From Nitrospirota bacterium (lineage in GTDB: Bacteria; Nitrospirota; Nitrospiria; Nitrospirales; Nitrospiraceae), in assembly GCA_963703955.1 (NCBI GenBank), contig CAVPGK010000010.1, forward strand, positions 96,001-160,000: a DNA stretch of 64,000 nucleotides, written 5' to 3'. Below the pieces are notes generated by a model. It made no database searches. It was not told the origin of the DNA and saw only the letters and a program-made list of their open reading frames with translations. The translations under genes and the position numbers were made by a program. This document shows, one piece after another, positions 1 to 10,431 of this stretch. Within the stretch, counting starts at the first letter, position 1, and every line of letters begins with the position of its first letter.

Positions 1-3000
1 GGCGCGTTCTCCCCCGGAGGTGCGGATAGAGCCTATCGAGTTGCCGCACCTTCCCGTCGGCTCCCCAGCGAACATAGCGGTCGCGGGCCTTTCGCAGATA
101 TATCTCCGAGATCTGCTCAAACCCACGTGCCGCGTAGAACCGCGCCGCCAGTTCGTAGGCGAGCGCCTCGTTCTGCACAAACCCGTTTGCCTGTGCCGAG
201 CGGATGGCCTGTTCGTAAAGGTCCATAGCATCGAGCGCCCGGTCTTCGAGGCGAGCGATCTCCGCCTGGAGCAGTGCAGCGCGGTTCGCGAAGTTTTCCG
301 GGCAATGCTGCGCCCACGCCTCGAGCTGCCGATAGTGTGCGGCCAGCGCTTCGACGTGTTTCTGCCGTTCGCCGGGGGCGGCAAGGTCGAACGATGCTGC
401 ATGGGAAAGCCCGGCATAAAAATGGTATTCAGCCGTCTCGAACTGTGACAGTGAAGTCCACAGCAGCCGTTCTGCTCTGGAGGCGGAGTCGAGTGCGATT
501 GCATAGTCGCCGGCAAAAAAGCGCGCCTGCAGTTTGCGAATCCAGTACCAGCATTCTGCGAACGCCCAATCCCGGTTCGCGGCAAACCGCTGCTCGATTC
601 GACGCTCATCAAAATCTGCGTCGTCGAAGACCCCGAATACTGGGCTCAAGCCGCGTAGCGTCCGGATCAATGCGAGCTGGGTCGAGGCCACATCAACTGC
701 AAAGTGGAAGCGAATGTTCCGCAAAAACACGAGGCCATTTTCGACCTCGCATTGCGCCTCTGAAAGCGGGTCGCCGGCCGCGAGCAGGTTCGTGTTGAGA
801 TGGTAGCAATCGAAGGCGGCATGGGTAAGATCGCCATCCCGATTGGCGACCTCGAACGCTCGGCGCTGCACAGGACGAGCAGCCCGGACGTGACTGCTCC
901 ACGCCATGAGGAATCCGCAGACATGATACGTCCTGGCCTCGAAACGCCGGAATCCCAGTCGTTCGACGAGTTCGTAGGCGAGCTTCGCCAACCGAAAGCC
1001 GGCCTGGTAGTCGCCAAAATATGGTCCAATAACGGTGGCAAGCTCGGCATAGGCGTAGCATGAAGCGTCGCAGTTCCCGTGTTCCAGAATGAGACTGACG
1101 GCGCGGCACATCAACAAGCAGGGGAGGTTGGGATCGAGAGTTAAGGCAGTCGGAACCATTCTCACGAGGACATGAATCGTCGCCAACCGCTGCCGCATCG
1201 CTCGCCAGCGGAAGACCAATGAGTTCCTCGATGGAGCGGCTGCCGAGCAGAGACCCGATTCTTTCATATTCGCGCAGCGCATCCTCTTTGCCCGGATGCG
1301 CCGGCCATTCGATTCCCACACGTCGGAGATACTCAAGGCCGACGGCAACCGCACGCTCTATATGGGTCATCGCGTACAGGTCGATCCGCAAGCAAGCAAC
1401 GGTTGCGTGTTCTGTGTCGTCCGCGCCACGGTTCGAAAGCACGATCAGGCGCTCCTCGGCGAGCGCCAATTCGCCGGTTACGAACTCACATTCCGCTCGA
1501 TGCAGCTCCAGCGCAAATTTAAGCTCGTGCAGACGCTCCCATGAATCGTCCGCCAATAAGGCCGACCCAGTGGTGAGGTACGTGAGCGCCGATGCGTACG
1601 CAGCAGTCGTTTTCGCGCGTTTGCCTGCAATCAGGTTCAGCTCGGCGAGTTGCTCGCGTTCCTCGCGCGAGGTGATTAAGGCGATCCCGCGATTCAGCTG
1701 GTTGACGATTTCGAAGATCGCCTCCTCCCGTTTCTCCGGCGGCGTATGCGCCGCCAGCAGGCGTCCGATCCCGAGATGCGTTTCGGCGCGGGATTCCTCT
1801 GGAATCAGCGAATAGGCGGCTTCCTGCACCCGGTCATGGATAAACCTGTACGAGCCGTCCTGCAGGTCAACGAGCTCGGCGCGCACCGCTTCAAACAGAT
1901 CCGCATGGACCTGCGCCTCCGCTGTGCCGCAAACCAGAGACAACGTGCTGACTTTCGCGGCGTTGCCGAGGCAGGCCAGCTTCTGGAGTGCGATTTGAGC
2001 CTCGACGGGCAGACGGCCCACTTTGCCGACCATGAGCTCGACGATATTGTCTGTGTACCCCTTCGCATGAATGCGCTCGATATCCCAAGTCCAGTCCCGC
2101 TTGCCATGATCGAAGACGAGCAACCCCTCTTCCGCGAGGGCTGACAGGAACTGGATCGTAAAGAATGGATTGCCGCCTGTCTTCTCGTGCACCAGTTGGA
2201 CGAGCGGCGCGGCGCGCTCCGGTGTGCAGCGAAGCGCATCCGCAACAAATTGCTCCAGGTCGTCACGGAGGAGCGGCCCAAGCCTGATCTCTTGTACCGG
2301 CGCGCCCGCATGACGGATCGCATCGAGTTTGCGCCTGAGCGGGTGCGAGACATCGAGTTCATTGTCGCGATAGGCTCCGATCAGCAACAAGTGCCGAAGA
2401 TCCGATTGAGTCAGCAGGTCTTCGATGAGATCCAATGTGGCCGCGTCGAGCCATTGCAAGTCGTCGAGAAAGAGCGCCAGTGGATGCTCCGGCCTGGCGA
2501 ACACGCCGAGGAAGCGCCGGAAGACCAGGTGGAAGCGGCGTTGCGCGTCCTGGGGCGGAAGCTCGGGAACCGGCGGCTGCTCGCCGATGATGAGCCTCAG
2601 CTCGGGGACCAGATCTTCAATGAGCTGCCCGTTCGGAGCCAACGCCTCCTGCAGCGCATCACGCCAGCGGGCGAACTCCGCTCCGCTCTTGCCCAGGAGC
2701 GTGCGGATCAGACCCTGAAAGGCGTGCGCGAGGGTGGCATAAGGGATGTCGCGCTTGTACTGGTCGAACTTGCCCAATGCGAACAGGCCGCGCGGCGGCA
2801 CCAGCACCTTGTGCAGCTCGTTGACGACGGAAGACTTGCCGATCCCGGAATAGCCGGAAACCAGCACGAGTTCCGGCGCGCCGCCCTTGACGATGCGCTC
2901 GAAGGCGGCGAGCAGGCTCTCGATCTCGCGCGAGCGCCCGTACAGTTTCTCGGGGATCAGCAACCGGTCGGCCGTGTCATGTTCGCCTAGCGGAAAGTCG

Positions 3001-3842
3001 CCGATGCGTCCCTCCGCCTCCCATTGCGCCAGGCAACGCCGAAGATCGTGCTCCAGACCTGCCGCGGTCTGGTAACGCTGCTCGGCCGTCTTCGCGAGCA
3101 GCTTCATGACGATGGCCGAAACCGGGGCCGGCACAGTTTCCAGTCGCTCGGCGGGCGGGACCGGGCGCCTCGCGATGTGGCAGTGCACCCACTCCAGCGG
3201 ATCGGCTGCAGTGAACGGCAGGCAGCCCGTGAGCATCTGGTAGAGTGTGACGCCGAGCGCGTAGAGGTCGCTGCGGGCATCGATCGACCGGTTCATGCGT
3301 CCGGTCTGTTCCGGAGCCATGTAGGCGAGGCTGCCCGCGATGGTCTCCGGAGGCGCGGGCGCCTGCCGCTCGCGCTGGAGTCGCGATGCGATCCCGAAGC
3401 CCATGAGGCGAACGTGACCCGTTCCCGCATCCACCAGCAAATTGGCCGGCTTGAGGTCCTTGTGGATCAGATGTCGGGTATGGAGCTTGCCCAAGGCACC
3501 CGCCGCGCTGACGGCAAGCCGCAGGAACGGTCCCAGCTCTATCGGCCCACGGATAAGTCGGTCGAGCGGCTCGCCCCCGGGATCGTCTAGGACGAGCATC
3601 GGCCACCCGTCCTCCTCAACCAGGTCGAGGGGTCGGACCGCCCAGTCCGGATGGAGGTCCATCCTCAGGGAGAATTCATGCTCTAGCTTTCTGGCGCTCT
3701 CTCGTGAGGGGCGCGTCGACACCACGAGGAGCACCTTCGCTTCGTTTTCCCGGCCGGCCGGCCGGGCGCGGTAGAGAATGAACTCGCCATTGTCGCGAAG
3801 CGCCTCCCGCAAGTAGTGTTGTGAAACCCGCACCGGTGTCAT
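1..3842 (-). CDS. Large Ser/Thr kinase - AAA ATPase (STAND-like) - helical sensor protein of the trifunctional kinase/ATP-binding/sensor histidine kinase family; runs off the left edge
   Basis: ORF 693..3863 has kinase motifs HKDLKPAN and GSLAYMAPE, Walker A GYSGIGKS and Walker B LFLDDLQW. After a frameshift near 1185 the family sequence continues in other frames (ARFYAARGFEQ...RWGADGKVRQLD near 20-150). ATG at 3842 follows GGAG. Confidence 0.85.
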
Positions 3843-3849
3843 GCCGGCT

Positions 3850-3968
3850 CCTCTGATCGGCAAGGTGCACTAAAACGCGGCGCCTCGGTCGTCCCGGGCA
3901 GTAGCCCACAGGCGTCCGCCGTGCGCCTCGATGGTGGAACGGCTGATCGCCGGTCTTATCCCAAGGCC
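3850..3968 (-). pseudogene. Remnant C-terminus of a histidine kinase HATPase_c domain
   Basis: Minus strand translates GLGIRPAISRSTIEAHGGRLWATARDDRGAAF*CTLP, a degraded G2 box with an in-frame stop. Confidence 0.6.
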
Positions 3969-4039
3969 GCCGCGCTTGGTGGAACAGAAGGGCTCAAAAG
4001 TGGCGGTCACCCGATTCGATTGAACCCGTGTCCCGAATT

Positions 4040-4245
4040 TTGGACCGTCACGAGGACATGGTGCTCGTCATGTGCGACCACGAGGCAGTACGCATACAGC
4101 TCCACGCCCGCTGCCGATAGCGGTCCGCCGCCCTCCAAGAATGCCTCATAGTCGGCCGTCTCTCGGAACACGGCCTGGCGCGCCGCGCCTCGAATCATGA
4201 CATGGCAGAAGCCCCGGGAAACTCAATGCGGACGGGGCGGGCCAT
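4040..4245 (-). pseudogene. REP-associated tyrosine transposase (RAYT, Y1 family), N-terminal remnant
   Basis: Across frameshifts reads MARP.RIEFPG..CHVMIRGAARQAVFRETADYEAFLE...GVELYAYCL, the typical RAYT N-terminus. The HuH region is degraded and the gene is truncated. Confidence 0.65.
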
Positions 4246-4706
4246 GGCGGCAGGATAGCCCATGAAGGTAGAATCAATCAACAATACGAATTGAGTCATC
4301 TAAAATCTTACCCAAGAGGCCTTCGTTGCGACATCTGTTTTTCTTACCTTCCGGGCCCCATCATGCGGAATGAACGGTTCGTTCGCGATGACCATGGGTT
4401 GAACCTGAGACGCTGTGACCTACGGCTGCAGCCGATGGCAAATTCAGCACGCCTCAATGGATGTATCACGCTCAGATCGATAACAAAAATCTTATTCCGC
4501 AGGTCACGGCGTCCTAGGCCCTACGTGCTTATACTTCCACAAAAGCTTGGTTCCCAGAGAACGCTAGGTCTTGGGGAGGAGCTTGTTCAGACTGAGAGGA
4601 AAAATAATTTTTTACTTTGCAGCTGACGCGGCTGGAACTCGTCGCTGATATCCGACGTAGGTGGGCCGAAGAGGGTGGGAAGAGCGAGAGTAGGAGGGAT
4701 GACAGC

Positions 4707-4913
4707 ATGAACTCACAAGTTACGGGATTGCGAGTGGCAAGTGTTGTGTTCGGTCTGATAGCCATCGCGCAATTGGGGCGACTGGTAATACGCCCAGAGG
4801 TGCTTGTCGCCGGTCATCTGATACCCTTGTGGCCCAGTGTGCTGGCCTTCATCATTTTGAGCGGTCTAAGTCTTTGGATGTGGAAACTCGCTCGAGCCTC
4901 CGAGCGCGGCTAG
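4707..4913 (+). CDS. Small two-TM membrane protein
   Basis: GGAGG upstream of ATG 4707; 68 aa with two hydrophobic helices. Confidence 0.6.
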   Translation: MNSQVTGLRVASVVFGLIAIAQLGRLVIRPEVLVAGHLIPLWPSVLAFIILSGLSLWMWKLARASERG

Positions 4914-5139
4914 AGGAGGATCCTGAGATGGCTGCACCACGAAAACTCCTCGTCGGCAGCCGGCTGTTCACTGAGTTCGGCGTCCCCAGCACACCTCAGC
5001 AAAGACCTCAGCGAAAAATAACCAAGTACGAGTGGACTAGACTCCGCCGCCTGGTCACTCCTTCCGGACATGATCAAGCATGCCACGCATCGGGCGACAC
5101 AACATGGGCACGTGCGGCCGAGCTGTCACCACATCACGG

Positions 5140-7848
5140 TCACCGGCTGCCACCCTTCTGGAATGCCGCCACCTTGCCCCCTTCCAGGACCCGCTTGGCG
5201 TCGAGGAGCCCGAAGAGTTGGATCGTTTTGGCCACGCACCCGGTCCAGCCGGTCTGATGGCTTGCGCCCAGTCCCGCCCCGTTATCACCGTGAAAGTATT
5301 CATAGAACAGGATGAGATCCCGCCAGTGGGGATCGGATTGGAACTTCTGCGTGCCGCCATACACAGGGCGCTGGCCGCGCTTATCCCGCAGGAAGATCCG
5401 GCTCAGCCGATCTGCGATCTCCTTGGCGACCTCGAAGAGGTTCATCATCTTGCCGGATCCGGTGGGGCATTCAATTTTGAAATTGTCACCATAGTAGAGA
5501 TAGTAATTCAGGAGCGCCCGAATAAGGATGACATTCACCGGCATCCAGACCGGCCCCCGCCAGTTCGAGTTGCCGCCGAACATGCCGGTGTCGGACTCGG
5601 CCGGTAGATAGTTCACCCGGTACTCCTGGCCGCCCACGTTGAAGATATAGGGGTTCCGCTCGTGAAACTTGGAGAGCGCACGGAGCCCGTAGGGGCCCAG
5701 GAATTCATTTTCGTCGAGCATCTTCGAGAGGATCCGGCGGAGCCGCTCCGGATTGATCAGCGCAATGATTCCCCGCTCGTTCACGCCAAAATGCCCCGGG
5801 CCGGTGGGGTGCATGGATTTCATGAGTTCGGGCATCTGGCGCGCGCGCGCAACAAAAGCCGCGACGACCTGCGGAACGAGTTCCCGCTGCCACGGCTCGA
5901 CGACGGTCGTGGCGCACAGCGGCAGCAGCCCCACCATCGAGCGGACCTTGAGCCGCTGGGCACTGCCGTCCGGGAGTCGCAGCAGATCGTAATAGAAGCC
6001 GTCCTCCTCGTCCCACATGCCCTCCGGCCCGGGCCTGTTCATTCCCGCGGCAATATATAAGAAGTGTTCGATAAATTTTGTCACCATATCCCCGTAGGTG
6101 GGGTCGTGGACCACCAGCTCCACCGCAAGTTCCAACATGTTCTGGCTGAACAGGGCCATCCAGGCTGTGCCGTCCGCCTGCTCAAGGTGGCCCCCGGTAG
6201 GCAATGGGGCGCTGCGGTCGAAGATGCCGATGTTGTCGAGGCCGAGGAACCCCCCCTCGAACACGTTCTTGCCGAACCGGTCCTTCCGGTTCACCCACCA
6301 GGTGAAGTTCAGCAAGAGCTTGTTGAAGGCCAGCTTGAGGAAGTTCACATCCGTCTCGCCGCGCACGGCCTGCTCGGTGCGGTGCAGGAAGAGGGTCGCA
6401 AAGGCGTGGACCGGCGGGTTCACGTCGCTGAAGTTCCATTCGTAGGCGGGAACCTGCCCGTTGGGGTGCAGATAGAACCCATGTAGCATCAGGTGCATCT
6501 GCTGCTTCGCGAAGTCCGGGTCGACGATCGAGAGCGGCAGCGTGTGGAAGGCCAGGTCCCAGGCCGCGTACCAGGGGTATTCCCACTTGTCCGGCATCGA
6601 GATGACGTCCTCGTTGACCATGTGGAACCACTCCGAGTTCCGGGAGATACGATAGCCGGTATGGAGGGGGTTGGAGTTGTGCTCCTCCAGCCAACGATTG
6701 CCATCAAAGTAATAGTACTGCTTGGACCAGAGCATGCCGGCCAGGGCCTGGCGCATCACGTTAGCCGCGTCCGGGGAGACGGACGGCGGAGTGACGGCAC
6801 GGTAGAACTCGTCCGCCTCCTTCAAGCGGGCCGCGAAGGTCTCTGCAAACGCCGGCCCGAAGCGGACTGCAGAAGGGGCTTGGCTGGTGAGACGCAGACG
6901 TACGATCATCGATTGGCCGGGCCCCACCATCTGCCGATAGTGCGCCGAGGCCTTCGTTCCCTGGTGCGCAGGATTCACCGCCTCCTGGCGGCCCTGCACC
7001 ACATAGTCATTGATGCCGTCTTTGACGTAGGGGGTGGGGTTCGGGTATTGAGGAAAGAGCCGGGCGTTGTTCGTTTCATTCTCGGTGAACAGCAGCGGCA
7101 CATTGCCTTCGCAGTACAGGTAGTACGTGCCCAGTGTCGAATGCTGCGCTGAGAGTGCACTCGTGCCCGCCGGTCCCTGGCTCTGCTTGAGGATCGGTTT
7201 CTGGGCAGGTCCGGCAATCCATGTTGCCCAGTCGTTGCGGAACCACAGGGTCGGCAACAGGTGCAGCTCGGCCTGCTCCGGGCCCCGATTGACCGCGGTG
7301 ATCTGCACCAGGATGTCGTCCGGGCCATCCTTGGCATATTCCACGAATACGTCGAAATAGCGATTGTCGTTGAAGACGCCGGTATCGAGCAGTTCATACT
7401 CCATCTCGTTCCGGGAACGTCGGCGGTTGGTCTCCACCAGATCGAGGTAGGGGAAGGCCGCCTGCGGGTACTTGTAGAGGTACTTCATATAGGAATGCGT
7501 CGGCGTGCTGTCGAGGTAGAAGTAATACTCTTTGACGTCCTCGCCGTGGTTGGCTTCGCTGTTGGTGAGCCCGAAGAGCCGTTCTTTGAGGATCGCGTCT
7601 TTCCCGTTCCAGAGGGCGAGCGCAAAGCAGAGCCGCTGTTTCTCGTCGCTGATACCCCCGAGACCATCCTCGCCCCAGCGATAGGCCCGCGAACGGGCCT
7701 GATCATGGGTGAAGAAATTCCAGGCGTCCCCGTTCTCGCTGTAATCCTCCCGAACGGTGCCCCATTGCCGCTCGCTCAGGTACGGGCCCCACCGTTTCCA
7801 GTTGGAGCCGTCTTGTACCAACCGTGTATGCTCAGCCGTTTGTGCCAT
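5140..7848 (-). CDS. GH63-like (MGH1/mannosyl-oligosaccharide glucosidase-like) glycoside hydrolase
   Basis: Intact 902 aa ORF with WGPYLSERQWGTVREDYS, MPDKWEYPWYAAWDLAFH and EYFHGDNGAGLGASHQTGWT. Confidence 0.9.
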   Translation of the reverse strand: MAQTAEHTRLVQDGSNWKRWGPYLSERQWGTVREDYSENGDAWNFFTHDQARSRAYRWGEDGLGGISDEKQRLCFALALWNGKDAILKERLFGLTNSEANHGEDVKEYYFYLDSTPTHSYMKYLYKYPQAAFPYLDLVETNRRRSRNEMEYELLDTGVFNDNRYFDVFVEYAKDGPDDILVQITAVNRGPEQAELHLLPTLWFRNDWATWIAGPAQKPILKQSQGPAGTSALSAQHSTLGTYYLYCEGNVPLLFTENETNNARLFPQYPNPTPYVKDGINDYVVQGRQEAVNPAHQGTKASAHYRQMVGPGQSMIVRLRLTSQAPSAVRFGPAFAETFAARLKEADEFYRAVTPPSVSPDAANVMRQALAGMLWSKQYYYFDGNRWLEEHNSNPLHTGYRISRNSEWFHMVNEDVISMPDKWEYPWYAAWDLAFHTLPLSIVDPDFAKQQMHLMLHGFYLHPNGQVPAYEWNFSDVNPPVHAFATLFLHRTEQAVRGETDVNFLKLAFNKLLLNFTWWVNRKDRFGKNVFEGGFLGLDNIGIFDRSAPLPTGGHLEQADGTAWMALFSQNMLELAVELVVHDPTYGDMVTKFIEHFLYIAAGMNRPGPEGMWDEEDGFYYDLLRLPDGSAQRLKVRSMVGLLPLCATTVVEPWQRELVPQVVAAFVARARQMPELMKSMHPTGPGHFGVNERGIIALINPERLRRILSKMLDENEFLGPYGLRALSKFHERNPYIFNVGGQEYRVNYLPAESDTGMFGGNSNWRGPVWMPVNVILIRALLNYYLYYGDNFKIECPTGSGKMMNLFEVAKEIADRLSRIFLRDKRGQRPVYGGTQKFQSDPHWRDLILFYEYFHGDNGAGLGASHQTGWTGCVAKTIQLFGLLDAKRVLEGGKVAAFQKGGSR

Positions 7849-7910
7849 CGTATCCTCCGTTTGCTCAGCTCAGTGCAGAAGCTCTATGCCGACGCACCAA
7901 CTGAATCCAG

Positions 7911-7957
7911 TTCAAGGTTGGTGCCCGGTTCCCTCACCACCAGCGCCACGTCGGAGT
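7911..7957 (-). promoter_or_regulatory. Putative sigma54-type promoter plus shared upstream motif, copy 1
   Basis: Minus strand GGCACCAACCTTGAA (GG-N10-GA) upstream of the GH63 gene; near-identical copy at 9039-9080. Confidence 0.45.
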
Positions 7958-8133
7958 GGGACGCCTCACTGTGCCTGTCAGCATTTCTGACGAGCGGGAG
8001 GGATCCGGATGGCTGGCGAATGGCGGTAGAACTCCTCATAGGTTGTGTCTTCCGCGCCACCCTTCGCGAACAACTTGCCGCCAATGCCCTGCTTCTTTCA
8101 AAAAGAGATTTCGGAGTTCTCGCGGCGTGTCTC

Positions 8134-8850
8134 CTATTTGATGACTTTGGCCACGGCAGCGCGCAGGTCGGCCGATTTGGGGTTCTCGACGCTGTGCTTG
8201 ACCAGGATGTCCGTGGGGCGTACTTCCTTGCCATAGTAGGCCGCGTTGGAATCATTCGACACGGCGACCGCTGCCCCATCCAGTTGCATGCCTGCGAAGA
8301 TGCCCTTGCTGCTGGCATACGAGAGCAGGTCGGCCGTCACTCCTGTGACTGCTCCACCCCCGCCGACACGGCCCGCCGAGAGGCCTGCGTCGACGCCCAT
8401 CTTGAAGTCGTTCCGATAAAACTGCTCGAGACCGCGTGTTGTCCTGATCAGGAACACCAGTTGCGACGCGTCCGCGCCGGCTTGCAAGCCGAAACTCACC
8501 GAGCCCATCGTGTAAAAGGCCGGCTGCGACCAGGCTCCCGTCTTCTCATCCCGGACGAGAAGGACGCCGCTCCCGCCCCTGCCGCCGAAGATAAACGCGC
8601 CCCTCAGCAACTGGGGGACGATGAAGATACCTTTAGGATCCTTGACGTCAGCCTGGAGGGCCGCTTTCAGGTCCGGATTGGCGCCAAAGGCGTCGATGGT
8701 CATCTTCGCCTTATCGATCAGCTGCTGCTGTTCGGCAAAATCTGCCGTGATTGCCGGTGCCGGAAGGGCAACCAGCGCAGCAACCCATACGGTGGTGAGA
8801 ATGAAGAATGCCACTATCGAACCTGTTTTCCGCCTCGTTCTACCATTCAT
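8134..8850 (-). CDS. Secreted SYLF/Ysc84 lipid-binding domain protein
   Basis: Signal peptide, then GAFIFGGRGGSGVLL, WSQPAFYTMGSVSFGLQAG and YASSKGIFAGMQLDGA. Confidence 0.85.
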   Translation of the reverse strand: MNGRTRRKTGSIVAFFILTTVWVAALVALPAPAITADFAEQQQLIDKAKMTIDAFGANPDLKAALQADVKDPKGIFIVPQLLRGAFIFGGRGGSGVLLVRDEKTGAWSQPAFYTMGSVSFGLQAGADASQLVFLIRTTRGLEQFYRNDFKMGVDAGLSAGRVGGGGAVTGVTADLLSYASSKGIFAGMQLDGAAVAVSNDSNAAYYGKEVRPTDILVKHSVENPKSADLRAAVAKVIK

Positions 8851-9038
8851 GTGCGTGCCTCCTTGTGAATTCCTCGGCCGTGTACCACGGCCTTGGTCAT
8901 GTTATCTATGAGTTGGTGCTTCTTGTCGGTGCATGCATGTGAGCATTTCTTAGCGGCGAGCCGCACCCACCGTCTGGCCAGCCTGCGCCGCGAAGGCGCC
9001 CTTGATGCCGCCTTCCAACATCCGCAAGCGTGTACGTG

Positions 9039-9080
9039 TTCAAGATTGGTGCCTGTCATCAACAGCGACACGTCGAAGTT
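9039..9080 (-). promoter_or_regulatory. Putative sigma54-type promoter plus shared upstream motif, copy 2
   Basis: Minus strand GGCACCAATCTTGAA preceded by ACTTCGACGTGTCGCTGTTGATGA, matching the element at 7911-7957. Confidence 0.45.
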
Positions 9081-9585
9081 GGCATCATATGATTTCGTGG
9101 GATTAGCAGTGCGTATAAGAGAACCTGCTCAAAATGATAAGGAGCATTCCTTTCTACGCGCTAAGGAGCCGGGAAGCATTCTGTAACGGACGGCCGGTGA
9201 TGTAGGTGCAGCTTCTCATCTTGTTGCATTAGGCAACAGGCTCAATGCATGGGACTGTCCCGAAACGCCCCAATGGCGTCGCTGTTCCGTGGCAAACCGC
9301 AGTTTTCATTCCCGGATATACATTCGGGCCGAGGCAGGCTTCTGGTGGTGCTTGCGCCGGCCTGACAGAGGAATCAGCGTGAGTGTAGCGAGAAAGATTG
9401 GACGGTGTGACGGGTGAACAGGTCATGGGGCCAATACTGATCGATGATCCGATTCTGACACCCGGCATGAGGGGCTGTATTAGGAACATCGTTGCAGATA
9501 TACTGGAACGCCCGAAAAATGGAGCCGAACACGCATCTGTTTCCGCGGGGTCTTCCGCACACTCATCTAGGATAGGGGGAGCAGG

Positions 9586-10405
9586 ATGGCGAAAGACAAC
9601 GGACGGGAGGATGACGGCAAGTCCAAGCTGAAGCGAAAAGAATACGAGAAGGAGCTGCGCCGGCTTCAGGCCGAACTGTGCATTCTTCAGGACTGGGTGA
9701 AACACAAAGGCCTGCGGGTCATGGTGGTATTCGAGGGGCGCGATGGCGCCGGCAAGGGAGGCACCATTCGCGCCATCACCGAGCGCGTCAGCCCACGCGT
9801 GTTCCGTGTCGTGGCGCTACCAGCGCCCGTCCGATCGCGAGAAAACCCAGATGTACCTCCAGCGCTACATGGCGCACTTCCCGGCGGCCGGCGAGATCGT
9901 CATCTTCGACCGCAGTTGGTACAACCGTGCCGGGGTCGAATACGTCATGGGCTTCTGCACCAAGGAACAGTACGAAGGCTTCCTCGAACACTGCCCGATT
10001 GTCGAAGGGTATATCACGAGGGCCGGGATCATCCTGATCAAGTACTGGCTCGAGGTGAGCAACAAGGAGCAGGAGCGGCGCTTCGAGGCCCGCGTCGAGG
10101 ATCCGTTGCGCCAGTGGAAGCTCAGTCCAATGGACCTGCCGTCGCGGGAGAAGTGGTACGAGTACTCCCGGGCGCGTGACCGGATGCTGAAGGCCACGGA
10201 CACGAAGCATGCGCCCTGGTACATCGTGCGGTCGGATGACAAGAAACGCGCGCGCCTCAACTGCATCACTCATTTGCTGTCGCTGATTCCCTACAAAAAG
10301 CTGCCGCGTGACAAAGTGAAGATTCCCAAGCGATCGAACAAGGACGAATACGATGACCAGGCGACGTTGAAGGGGAGAAAAAAGTTCATTCCGGAGAAAT
10401 ACTGA
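9586..10405 (+). CDS. ppk2: Polyphosphate kinase 2 (one frameshift near 9830)
   Basis: [11 protein letters not shown]alker [14 protein letters not shown] and WKLSPMD, split over ORFs 9586 and 9743. Confidence 0.9.
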
Positions 10406-10431
10406 AAGCGGATTTGGAGCAGACCGATAGC

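Noticed and set aside
7261..8868. 535 aa plus-strand ORF and many other long antisense ORFs
   Set aside because: These are shadows of real opposite-strand genes in GC-rich DNA and show no recognisable motifs.
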